DNA of 64,000 bases from Candidatus Saccharimonadales bacterium (GTDB taxonomy: Bacteria > Patescibacteriota > Saccharimonadia > Saccharimonadales > UBA4665): positions 20,667 to 84,666 of the forward strand of contig DASZWB010000001.1 in the NCBI GenBank assembly GCA_035546815.1. Direction: 5' to 3'. Position numbers and translations under genes: made by a program. Below are positions 49,442-57,391 of this stretch, piece after piece. The notes below the pieces were generated by a model. It was not told the DNA's origin. It saw nothing but the letters and a program-made list of their open reading frames with translations, and did no database searches. The first letter of the stretch is position 1. Every line of letters starts with the position of its first letter.

Positions 49442-50524
49442 ATGGCACTCTCTATCGGCATCGTCGGGCTGCCCAATGTTGGCAAGTCTACCCTGTTTAA
49501 CGCCCTGACCGGCAGCAATATTTTGGCGGCTAATTATCCGTTTGCGACCATTGAGCCGAATACCGGCATTGTGCCGGTGCCGGACCCGCGGCTGGCTAGG
49601 CTCGGCGAGTTATATAAGACTAATAAAATCGTGCCGGCCACGGTGACGTTTGTGGACATTGCCGGGCTGGTGGCCGGCGCCAGCGAGGGCGAAGGGCTCG
49701 GCAATCAGTTTTTGAGCCATATCCGCAGCACCGACGCCATCGTGCAGGTGGTGCGGGCTTTTGACGATGCCAATGTGACGCATGTTGACGCGGCGCGCGA
49801 ACCATTGCGCGACATCGAGGTCATCAATACCGAGCTAGTGCTTGCCGATTTGCAAACCGTCGCCAAGCGCCTGCCGAAGCTCGAAAAAGAGGCCCGCGCC
49901 GACCCGAAATTGAAGCCGCTGATGGCGACTTACCAGCAGGTGAACACTTTGCTTAATCAGGGCCAGCCGCTCTGGAATCACCCTGAAGTCAACCGCGATC
50001 ACCTTGCCGACTTGCACCTTTTGACCATGAAGCCGGTTATTTACTTGTTCAATCTGGATGAGGCCGGCTTGGGCGATGGTTCAACCCGCGGCGCGCTGCA
50101 GCAACTGGTGGCGCCGGCCCGGGCGCTGTTCGTCTGCGCCAAGTTGGAGAGCGAATTGAAGGATCTGGACGCTGCGGACGCCGCCGAGCTGCTGGCAAGC
50201 TACGGCCAAACCGAATCGGGTCTGGTGCAGCTGATCCATGCCGCTTATGGCACGCTCGGCCTGCAAAGTTTTCTGACGGCCGGCGAAAAAGAGGTCCGCG
50301 CCTGGACGATTCCGGCGGGCGCCACGGCGCCGCAAGCGGCCGGCGTCATTCACGGCGACTTTGAGCGCGGCTTTATTGCCGCCGACGTAGTGAGCTACGA
50401 CGACCTGCTGGCCGCCGGTTCCCTGGCCGCCGCCCGCGCCGCCGGCAAAGTCCGCACCGAAGGCAAAGGCTACATTATGCAGCCCGACGACGTGGTGGAA
50501 TTCAAATTTAATGTTTCTAAATAA
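49442..50524 (+). CDS. ychF: Ribosome-binding ATPase YchF
   Basis: MALSIGIVGLPNVGKSTLFNALT...ANYPFATIEPNTG... plus a C-terminal TGS-like domain. 360 aa. Confidence 0.9.
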   Translation: MALSIGIVGLPNVGKSTLFNALTGSNILAANYPFATIEPNTGIVPVPDPRLARLGELYKTNKIVPATVTFVDIAGLVAGASEGEGLGNQFLSHIRSTDAIVQVVRAFDDANVTHVDAAREPLRDIEVINTELVLADLQTVAKRLPKLEKEARADPKLKPLMATYQQVNTLLNQGQPLWNHPEVNRDHLADLHLLTMKPVIYLFNLDEAGLGDGSTRGALQQLVAPARALFVCAKLESELKDLDAADAAELLASYGQTESGLVQLIHAAYGTLGLQSFLTAGEKEVRAWTIPAGATAPQAAGVIHGDFERGFIAADVVSYDDLLAAGSLAAARAAGKVRTEGKGYIMQPDDVVEFKFNVSK

Positions 50525-50565
50525 GCACTGAGAATGATGGGCCGGCGCGACTTCGGTGCGCGGGA

Positions 50566-51597
50566 TTACGCTCGAGCTGGAGTGGTCTGAGTTGAGTCGG
50601 CGCCGGATTGGCTGTGCGCGTGGAACGACGGGCTGCCGAAGCGCCGGTTGCGCATGGCCATCGGCAGACGGGAATAGGCGATCCGCAGCGGATTGATGTC
50701 CAGCGCGTGCTGAATAGCAGCCGGCACAGCGGAATTTGTAGCCGCTTCGGCAGGCTGGGACTGGGGCCGGGACTGGGGCCGGGGCTCGGGCTGGGACGCC
50801 GCCCGCCTACCAAACACTTCCTGGACGCCCTCGGCATACAACTCATCCGACGGCGGCAAGCTGCTCGGCGCAAAGGCCGGCGCTCGAGCGGTCACTACTT
50901 GCTGCAATTGCTGGATGGGCGGCGTTATCGGCCGGCCGTCGGCGCCGTTGCCGCTCCAGTCATTCGTTAAATCCTGTCCGGTCTGCTGCTCGTGCTGGGC
51001 CAGCAGGCTCTGCGCGTACAGATAATCCGACAGCTCGGGGCTCGGCTTGACGGGCTCCAGCCGTTCCGCCGGCTGAGCCGCACCACTCTGCAGCTGCTCG
51101 TGCAGTTTCTGTTGCTGCTGATGCTGCGCCAACAGATAGGCCTGCAGCTGGCGGTTAATCTGCTCCAGGTGAAGATTCTGATCTTCCTGGTGCTCGGATT
51201 GCTTGAGTTTGATCTCAGCCATGCAGTGCTGGACGTGGTTGATCAGCTTGCGCAGCCGCTGCTGATTGTAGCTGGTAAAGCGCAGCGTTTTGGAGCCGGT
51301 GGCTATCCTGATTTGCGCGCCCATCAGACGGTGGCTGTAATCAATCTCGTTAATCATGTCAAAGCGCAGGTCTTCGACGGTCAAATAATTGAGCGGCTTT
51401 TTATCTATCAGCAGCACGCGGATATTGGTCGCCACCAACAGCGCAAAACCGCCTTCGTAAATGCCGTTCACGCACTCGTAAATCTGTTCGTCCGGCAATA
51501 TAATGTTGGGCAGTTCGCTGATTTCCGTCCGGCCCCACCCATGTAAATTAAAGCGTATTTTTTTGAGCTGTTCGTCAATGGATTGCTTTGTTACCAT
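50566..51597 (-). CDS. Bacterial PH-domain protein with Gln/Pro-rich low-complexity C-terminal half
   Basis: The N-terminal ~120 aa (LPDEQIYECVNGIYEGGFALLVATNIRVLLIDKKPLNYLTVEDLRFDMINEI) resemble YokE-like PH domains. The remainder is Q/P/S-rich. Confidence 0.45.
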   Translation of the reverse strand: MVTKQSIDEQLKKIRFNLHGWGRTEISELPNIILPDEQIYECVNGIYEGGFALLVATNIRVLLIDKKPLNYLTVEDLRFDMINEIDYSHRLMGAQIRIATGSKTLRFTSYNQQRLRKLINHVQHCMAEIKLKQSEHQEDQNLHLEQINRQLQAYLLAQHQQQQKLHEQLQSGAAQPAERLEPVKPSPELSDYLYAQSLLAQHEQQTGQDLTNDWSGNGADGRPITPPIQQLQQVVTARAPAFAPSSLPPSDELYAEGVQEVFGRRAASQPEPRPQSRPQSQPAEAATNSAVPAAIQHALDINPLRIAYSRLPMAMRNRRFGSPSFHAHSQSGADSTQTTPARA

Positions 51598-51751
51598 GGG
51601 GCACCTCCGCCTTTAGCTCTTTCATGATAGTACTTTTTGGCTGAGTAAGCGGTGAAAATCCTCACAAATTGCGTGCGATTTTAATCACACGGATTTGTAA
51701 TGTTTCGAGCTATTTACCCCTGTAATTTCGCGCTCGCACAACATTTAATAT

Positions 51752-51780
51752 TTGACTTCTTATTTTACCCCTATCATAAT
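51752..51780 (+). promoter_or_regulatory. Promoter TTGACT-N17-CATAAT, 6 nt before the Crp/Fnr-family ATG (leaderless configuration)
   Basis: TTGACT at 51752-51757, a 17-nt spacer, CATAAT at 51775-51780, ATG at 51787. Confidence 0.5.
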
Positions 51781-51786
51781 ACATAT

Positions 51787-52440
51787 ATGTTGGCCACGCT
51801 GAAACAGACAGCGGAACTGGTGGACCTCTTCAGGACGCGCGGCCTCAAGCAAACGTTTCGAAAAGGTGATTTTGTAATTCGACCCGGCGATACCCCGCCG
51901 GGCATTTTTTATATCTACCAGGGCTTGGTGAAAGCCTACGACATCACCAAGTACAACGAAGAAAATTTGCTGATTATCCGCAAAGAGGACGAGATTTTTC
52001 CGCTCATTTGGGCCATTACCGGCCAGGAGCGGCACGTGATTTATCAGGCGCTGGCGCCGACCGTCACCTGGCAGTTGAGCCGGCAGGATTTTCTGGACTT
52101 TATCGGCAAAGAGCCCGAGGCACTGGCGCCGATCGTCGACATGACGATTGAAATGTACCGGCTGCACAGCGAGCGCATCCTCAACTTGGAGTACCGCACG
52201 GTGCGCGAACGCATCATTTCGTTTTTGCTGACCATGGGCCAGCGCTTTGGCAAACAGACGGCCGACGGGCTGCTGATTGACGTGCCGCTGCGGCACCAGG
52301 ATATCGCCAGCTCAGTGAACGCCACCCGCGAAACCACCAGCCGCGAGCTGTCGGCGCTGGAACGCAAGGGTTTACTCAAAAATAAGCAGTCGCTGATCGT
52401 GCTCTACGACGTCAAAGCTCTGCGCAAACACCTCGGCTGA
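51787..52440 (+). CDS. Crp/Fnr-family transcriptional regulator
   Basis: cNMP-binding-like beta-roll (FRKGDFVIRPGDTPPGIFYIYQGLVKAY) and a C-terminal HTH (RHQDIASSVNATRETTSRELSALERKG). Start set at MLATLKQ. Confidence 0.75.
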   Translation: MLATLKQTAELVDLFRTRGLKQTFRKGDFVIRPGDTPPGIFYIYQGLVKAYDITKYNEENLLIIRKEDEIFPLIWAITGQERHVIYQALAPTVTWQLSRQDFLDFIGKEPEALAPIVDMTIEMYRLHSERILNLEYRTVRERIISFLLTMGQRFGKQTADGLLIDVPLRHQDIASSVNATRETTSRELSALERKGLLKNKQSLIVLYDVKALRKHLG

Positions 52441-52470
52441 GGCGGCGGCGCGGGCGCGCGCGGCCGGCGG

Positions 52471-53127
52471 TCATTTCCATTTCAGAACAATTTGCTCGAT
52501 GGTGGCGAGGACGGTTGCGTGGTCCGGCACGTCGCGCTGGTCGTAATAATGATCGGTGTCCATGTAGTCCTCGATAACGTTCAGGCAGTACAGATCATCG
52601 GCTAAAACGTGCATGCGGTCGACCGCCTGGACGCTGGCGAACGGCGTGGCGACGATCATTTTCTCGATGGCGATCGGCTTGAGGAACTCAGCCGCCAAAT
52701 CTATCGGAAAGCCGGTTTTCAGGCCGTCCGCCACAATTATGACGTTGTGGCCTTTCAGCAGATTTTTGTCGATGGTGCCGCCGCTGCCCAGCAGTTGGTT
52801 CATATCGTGCATGCGCGTTAACTTTTCCTGCTCGATGTAGCCGTGGTTTTCGCCGATCATTTCATCAAGTTCACCTTGCGAATACTGCTGGTTGTAGGCG
52901 ATGGTGCCGCCGGCCGTGATGCCGGCCAGGGGGTCCGGCTCGCGCGGCAAGTTGATTTCCGAGCTTTCCAGCAGCGTCAGCACGCAGTGCAGCTGCGTGG
53001 CGATTTGCGCGCCGACCATCACGCCGCCGTCATTCAGAGCCACCACTGCACAGTTTTCGTAGCGATATTTCTTGACCAGCTGGCTGGCGAGCATGCGTCC
53101 GGCTTGCAGCCGCGAGGCAAAGTACAT
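52471..53127 (-). CDS. Phosphoribosyltransferase-family protein
   Basis: MYFASRLQAGRMLASQL...AVVALNDGGVMVGAQIA...VIIVADGLKTG is the PRTase nucleotide-binding motif pattern. Confidence 0.6.
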   Translation of the reverse strand: MYFASRLQAGRMLASQLVKKYRYENCAVVALNDGGVMVGAQIATQLHCVLTLLESSEINLPREPDPLAGITAGGTIAYNQQYSQGELDEMIGENHGYIEQEKLTRMHDMNQLLGSGGTIDKNLLKGHNVIIVADGLKTGFPIDLAAEFLKPIAIEKMIVATPFASVQAVDRMHVLADDLYCLNVIEDYMDTDHYYDQRDVPDHATVLATIEQIVLKWK

Positions 53128-53170
53128 GCCTGCAGTGTAGCATTACGCTAGAGCTTATCCCAGCCAATTA

Positions 53171-53887
53171 TTACAATTTTTTTAAGAGGTAGAAGCGCTC
53201 TTGATTGCCTTTGCTGCCGGCCACCTGCGAGTCGGCTTTGTCGATAATTATGAAGTGCTCTTTTGCCCACTGCTCGAAAGCTTTTAGAATTTCGCGGCGC
53301 AAGCGGTCGTTTTTGATGACGCCTTTGTGCTTCAGCGAGCTCGCGCCGGCCTCGAATTGCGGCTTAACCATGGCCACGATTTGCGTTCGCGGGGAACTCA
53401 GTTTTGCCACCGCTGGCAGGATGTCGCGCAGCGAGATGAAGGAAACATCGATGACCACGATGTCTGGCTGCTCGGCAGTTTTGAACTGGCGAATGTCGGT
53501 TTTTTCGTGCAGCTCAATCCGTTCGTCGGTTCGCAGGCTGGGGTGAAGTTGATCGGTGCCCACGTCCACCGCCAGCACTTTTTTCGCGCCGTGGCGAAGC
53601 GCGTAATCGGTGAAGCCGCCGGTGCTGCTGCCCACGTCCAGCATTATTTTGTCCGCAAAATCAAGCTTGAGCGCCGCCGCCACCGAGGCCAACTTAAGTC
53701 CGGCGCGGCTGACGTATTGCTCCGCGGCGGTCAGCGCCACCTCGTCCGCCGGCCGCACCAGCTGCCCGGGCTTGGTTATAACTTTGCGATTGACCGTTAC
53801 CTGGCCGAGCTTTATATAGCTCTCGGCCTGACTGCGCGTGGCCACCAGTCCGCGGCGAACCAGGTAGTGGTCAAGCCGCTGTCTCAT
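53171..53887 (-). CDS. tlyA: TlyA-family rRNA (cytidine-2'-O)-methyltransferase
   Basis: An N-terminal S4 domain (RLDHYLVRRGLVATRSQAESYIKLGQVTVN) followed by an FtsJ-like MTase (LDVGSSTGGFTD). Confidence 0.8.
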   Translation of the reverse strand: MRQRLDHYLVRRGLVATRSQAESYIKLGQVTVNRKVITKPGQLVRPADEVALTAAEQYVSRAGLKLASVAAALKLDFADKIMLDVGSSTGGFTDYALRHGAKKVLAVDVGTDQLHPSLRTDERIELHEKTDIRQFKTAEQPDIVVIDVSFISLRDILPAVAKLSSPRTQIVAMVKPQFEAGASSLKHKGVIKNDRLRREILKAFEQWAKEHFIIIDKADSQVAGSKGNQERFYLLKKL

Positions 53888-54350
53888 CGGCCAGCCGCAA
53901 CCAGGTAATTAAGTTTGAGGTTGATTGGATGCTCGGATTTGGATCGGCCACATAGGCCACTCCCAGCTTGTCCAGCAGCCAGCCGGCCCCGTGCCGCCGG
54001 CGGCTGTATTCGGTGGATTCTACGAAGTAATCGGGGCGCAGAGCCGCTATTGCACGTGGCACGGCTAACGCCTGGAACGGCACCACGAAGCTGAAGTCTA
54101 CGCCTTCCACCTCATCAACGTTGGCAAGCCGTACCTCCTGGCGCTGCACGGGCCGCTCGGGCCCTTTGCGTTGCCGCACTCTTTCGTCCGATGAGACGCC
54201 AATGACCAGTATATCGGCCTGTTCGGCCGCGTAGTCGATGCCCTGCAGATGGCCGGCGTGCAGCAAATCAAAACAGCCAAATCTGACGGCTATGGTTTGG
54301 TCGCCAACCTGTTCCCTGATGTCCGGCAGCGCCTGTCGTTCGATTATCAT
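53871..54350 (-). CDS. Cytidylyltransferase-like (nucleotidyltransferase, HxGH) protein
   Basis: FGCFDLLHAGHLQGIDYAAEQADILVIGVSSDERV is the CTP_transf_like HxGH motif. Confidence 0.65.
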   Translation of the reverse strand: MIIERQALPDIREQVGDQTIAVRFGCFDLLHAGHLQGIDYAAEQADILVIGVSSDERVRQRKGPERPVQRQEVRLANVDEVEGVDFSFVVPFQALAVPRAIAALRPDYFVESTEYSRRRHGAGWLLDKLGVAYVADPNPSIQSTSNLITWLRLADETAA

Positions 54351-54352
54351 AG

Positions 54353-54919
54353 CTAGTCTTTCACGCGTTCGCGGTAAGCGCCGCTGGCGGTATCGACCGA
54401 AATAACGTCGCCCTGCTTGATGAAGGCCGGCACGCGGATGGTCAGGCCGGTTTCCAGCGTGGCGTCCTTGGTAATTGAGGTACTGGTGTCGCCCTTGACG
54501 GCGTTTTCGGTGTAAGTGACTTTGAGCGGCACGTTTTTAGGCAGCTCCACGGTGATCGGCCGGCCGTCAAAAAACTGCAGCTGCACTTGATCGCCCTCTT
54601 TTATATAGCCCGCGCCGTCGCCAACCAGATCGGCCGGCACTTCGAACTGCTCAAAAGTCTCGCCGTTCATGAAGAAAAAATTTGCGCCGTCGCTGTACAG
54701 ATACTGCACGGTCTGGCTGGTAACATCGGCGCTGTCGAGCTGTTCGTTGCCCTTAAAAGTTTTCTCAAGCACCTTGCCGTCGAGTAAACTTTTAATGCGC
54801 ACATTGACAATCGAGCCGCCGCGGCCCATTACCTTCTGCTTGTAATCGACCACGCGAAACGGCTCGCCTTCCCACTGGAAGAGCGTGCCTTTTTTAAGAT
54901 CGGTTATGCTGAGTGCCAT
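54353..54919 (-). CDS. efp: Elongation factor P
   Basis: 188 aa, MALSITDLKKGTLFQWEGEPFRVVDYKQKVMGRGGSIVNVRIKSL. Confidence 0.9.
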   Translation of the reverse strand: MALSITDLKKGTLFQWEGEPFRVVDYKQKVMGRGGSIVNVRIKSLLDGKVLEKTFKGNEQLDSADVTSQTVQYLYSDGANFFFMNGETFEQFEVPADLVGDGAGYIKEGDQVQLQFFDGRPITVELPKNVPLKVTYTENAVKGDTSTSITKDATLETGLTIRVPAFIKQGDVISVDTASGAYRERVKD

Positions 54920-54928
54920 TCCAGCTCC

Positions 54929-55132
54929 TTAATTATTAGCTACGAACGGCAGCAGGGCGATGTGGCGGGCGCGCTTGATGGCCACTGCCAGGCGGCGCTG
55001 TTGGCTTTCGGTCAGGCCGGTTTTCTTGCGGCTTTCGATCTGTCCGTAAACATTGACGTAGCGCTGCAAGGTCTTGAAATCCTTGTAGTCGAAAAACGCC
55101 ACATCGGTTTTACTCTTAAATATCTTTGCCAT
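54929..55132 (-). CDS. rpsR: 30S ribosomal protein S18
   Basis: [50 protein letters not shown]. Confidence 0.9.
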   Translation of the reverse strand: MAKIFKSKTDVAFFDYKDFKTLQRYVNVYGQIESRKKTGLTESQQRRLAVAIKRARHIALLPFVANN

Positions 55133-55290
55133 TATTCTCTCCTTAAATTAATTGTAACGTATAGAGCTTTTTCCAGAGATGAAGTGCAAGGAAGCGGTGA
55201 GAACTGCAGGGAGCCGTACAAAACGTACGGCGAGCAAGGCTCGGAGCTGCGCTGACGCCGCAGTTCGCTCTAGAAAAAGCTCGAAAAACT

Positions 55291-55788
55291 CTAGAATGGG
55301 ATGTCGTCGAGGTTGATCGGCTCATCGCCGATATCTTCGATGACGACATCGTCTTTTTTAGCTTTTTTGCTGGGTGCGGGCTTGCTGGGCGCCGAGCTGG
55401 AACTGGCACCAGAGCCAGAACTGGATGAAACCGGCGCGCCGCCCTCATCACCGCCGCCGCGGCTGTCCAGAAATGTCACGTCGTTGGCCAGCACTTCCAC
55501 CTTGTTGCGCTTTTGCCCGTCTTGTTCCCACGAACGGCTCTGCAAACGGCCCTGCACCAGGCAACGACGGCCTTTGCTGAGGTATTGCGCCACCCGTTCG
55601 GCCAGCGGCCCCCAGCAGACAATATCGATATAGTCGGTGGCTTCCTGCCACTCGCCGCTCTGATCTTTGTAAGCCCGATTCAGCGCCAGGCTGAAATTCG
55701 TGACGTTTTGGCCGTTCGGCGTTTGCCGCAGCTCGGGATCCCGCGTGAGATTGCCCATTAATGTTACTTGGTTTAAGCTTCGTGCCAT
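55291..55788 (-). CDS. ssb: Single-stranded DNA-binding protein
   Basis: OB-fold N-terminus (LNQVTLMGNLTRDPELRQTPNGQNVTNFSLA), a Gly/Ser-rich linker and an acidic tip ending in DDIPF. Confidence 0.9.
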   Translation of the reverse strand: MARSLNQVTLMGNLTRDPELRQTPNGQNVTNFSLALNRAYKDQSGEWQEATDYIDIVCWGPLAERVAQYLSKGRRCLVQGRLQSRSWEQDGQKRNKVEVLANDVTFLDSRGGGDEGGAPVSSSSGSGASSSSAPSKPAPSKKAKKDDVVIEDIGDEPINLDDIPF

Positions 55789-55901
55789 CGTACCCTCCTT
55801 ATAAGACCTATGTCTTCGTTATTTTGTACCCTTACCCTACGCCCGCGCTCAGACTATCGTCAAGCGTAAGCGCGTTCAAAATGTTCAGATTTCAGAATTA
55901 T

Positions 55902-56297
55902 TTAAGATTCTTGGTTGTCTGAGCCTGCCTCATCTTCGCTGTCGCCGCGCTCGGCGGCTTTTTTGGCCTTTTCGGCCTTCTGCGCCTCGGCCTTGGCGAT
56001 TGCCTTGAGGTCGGGCCGCGTGATGAGGAAGCGGATCACCTCGTCGGTGATGTTGAGCGTCTGCTCGATTTTCTGCACGCCAGCCGGCGGCAGTTCGACG
56101 GTGTAAAACACATACACGGCATGCTCGTTGCCCTTGATATCGTAGGCCAGCTTGCGCTTGCCCCAGTTATCGGTGGCCGTGACTGTGCCGCCATTGTCGG
56201 TAAAAATCTTCTTGACCCGATCTTCGGCCTTGCTCAGGTCGACCTCGAGGTCAGGATGATACAGCACCGCAATTTCGTACTGATTCACATCACTCAA
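55902..56297 (-). CDS. rpsF: 30S ribosomal protein S6
   Basis: TTG start after AGGAG. YEIAVLYHPDLEVD...WGKRKLAYDIKG. The C-terminal tail is acidic. Confidence 0.85.
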   Translation of the reverse strand: MSDVNQYEIAVLYHPDLEVDLSKAEDRVKKIFTDNGGTVTATDNWGKRKLAYDIKGNEHAVYVFYTVELPPAGVQKIEQTLNITDEVIRFLITRPDLKAIAKAEAQKAEKAKKAAERGDSEDEAGSDNQES

Positions 56298-56370
56298 AAT
56301 GCACTCTCCTTCCTTCGGTTAAAGCCCGTGCTCACGAGGGGACACAAGCTGAAGTTGCTATTACCGCTTG

Positions 56371-56399
56371 ATTATAGCGTAATCACCCCTGTTGGTCAA
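56371..56399 (-). promoter_or_regulatory. rpsF-ssb-rpsR operon promoter TTGACC-N17-TATAAT
   Basis: -35 is the complement of 56394-56399 and -10 the complement of 56371-56376, with an exact 17-nt spacer. Confidence 0.6.
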
Positions 56400-57305
56400 C
56401 TAGCTAACTGCGAAATACTCATCAAGCAGTTTGTTTTCGATGGTCGGAATATAATCCACTTCACGCTCCTTCAACAACTTTTTGACCATCTCCCAGGCCG
56501 TAGTGGGAGCACCCTTTTTCAAAGCATAGGCTCGTCTGGCTTCACGGTAATCCCGTTCTACCGGTTCAACCACTTCGCTGATGGCAATATTCGCCAAGCG
56601 CAGCCCGAGCCGTAATTTTTGCTGCTGAAGCTCCTCGTCCTTATCCAACTTGCGCGTGATTAACTCAACAAACCGCTCAATGTGAGCCTGTTTGGCCCGA
56701 TCAAACCCCCGCCGCAAGGCATACTCCATGAGAAAGCGCCCTACCCTGGCCTGATCGCCTCTTGATTTTTCTAGCATGAATACACTGGGTTTGCGCAAGC
56801 GATTACGCTCCTGATCCGTCAGTTCCCGGACAGTAACGTCATCACCCTTGATAATAACCCCCAGATGCGGCACATAACCGGCGCTATTAAGGATGATGGC
56901 CCGAGCGATTGCCGCTTCGCCATCGGGCATCAGCGTGCCCTTGTAGTGTTTGTGATATATCTTGTGAGCCGCCGGATTATTGGTCTGCTGCAAGCGTGAA
57001 TGGCGAAGTGCGCGCATGGGCGCGGAGTGATTAAGGTAGTGCCGTTCGTAAAAGTAGGTGTGGTGCACGCTGGGCCGCTGCTTGCCCTGGTTCTCGGAGA
57101 TAATTGGTAGCACTACGTCGGTTCTCGTCTCCATCGGGCTGAGCGTACGATCCCAGCTATCTATCGGGGTGTAATAACCCTCGCCGCTGTCGACGATGGT
57201 GCGGGCCTCATTAAATGAAAGACGCCCCTCGGTATCGAGAGGCGTCTGGGGCGGGCCAGACGAAGAATCGTCGATGAATGGCGGTACGGATATTTGCTCA
57301 GCCAC
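56400..57305 (-). CDS. Hypothetical protein (orphan, 301 aa)
   Basis: Long ORF with plausible codon bias but visibly lower GC than its neighbours. I recognise no motif. Confidence 0.5.
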   Translation of the reverse strand: MAEQISVPPFIDDSSSGPPQTPLDTEGRLSFNEARTIVDSGEGYYTPIDSWDRTLSPMETRTDVVLPIISENQGKQRPSVHHTYFYERHYLNHSAPMRALRHSRLQQTNNPAAHKIYHKHYKGTLMPDGEAAIARAIILNSAGYVPHLGVIIKGDDVTVRELTDQERNRLRKPSVFMLEKSRGDQARVGRFLMEYALRRGFDRAKQAHIERFVELITRKLDKDEELQQQKLRLGLRLANIAISEVVEPVERDYREARRAYALKKGAPTTAWEMVKKLLKEREVDYIPTIENKLLDEYFAVS

Positions 57306-57391
57306 TGCCCTTGCCTCCGTTTTGCAGTTTTAATAAGTATGTAATTATTGTAAAAAGCTTTTGCTTGTTTGGCAAGAACTTTACACAAAGA

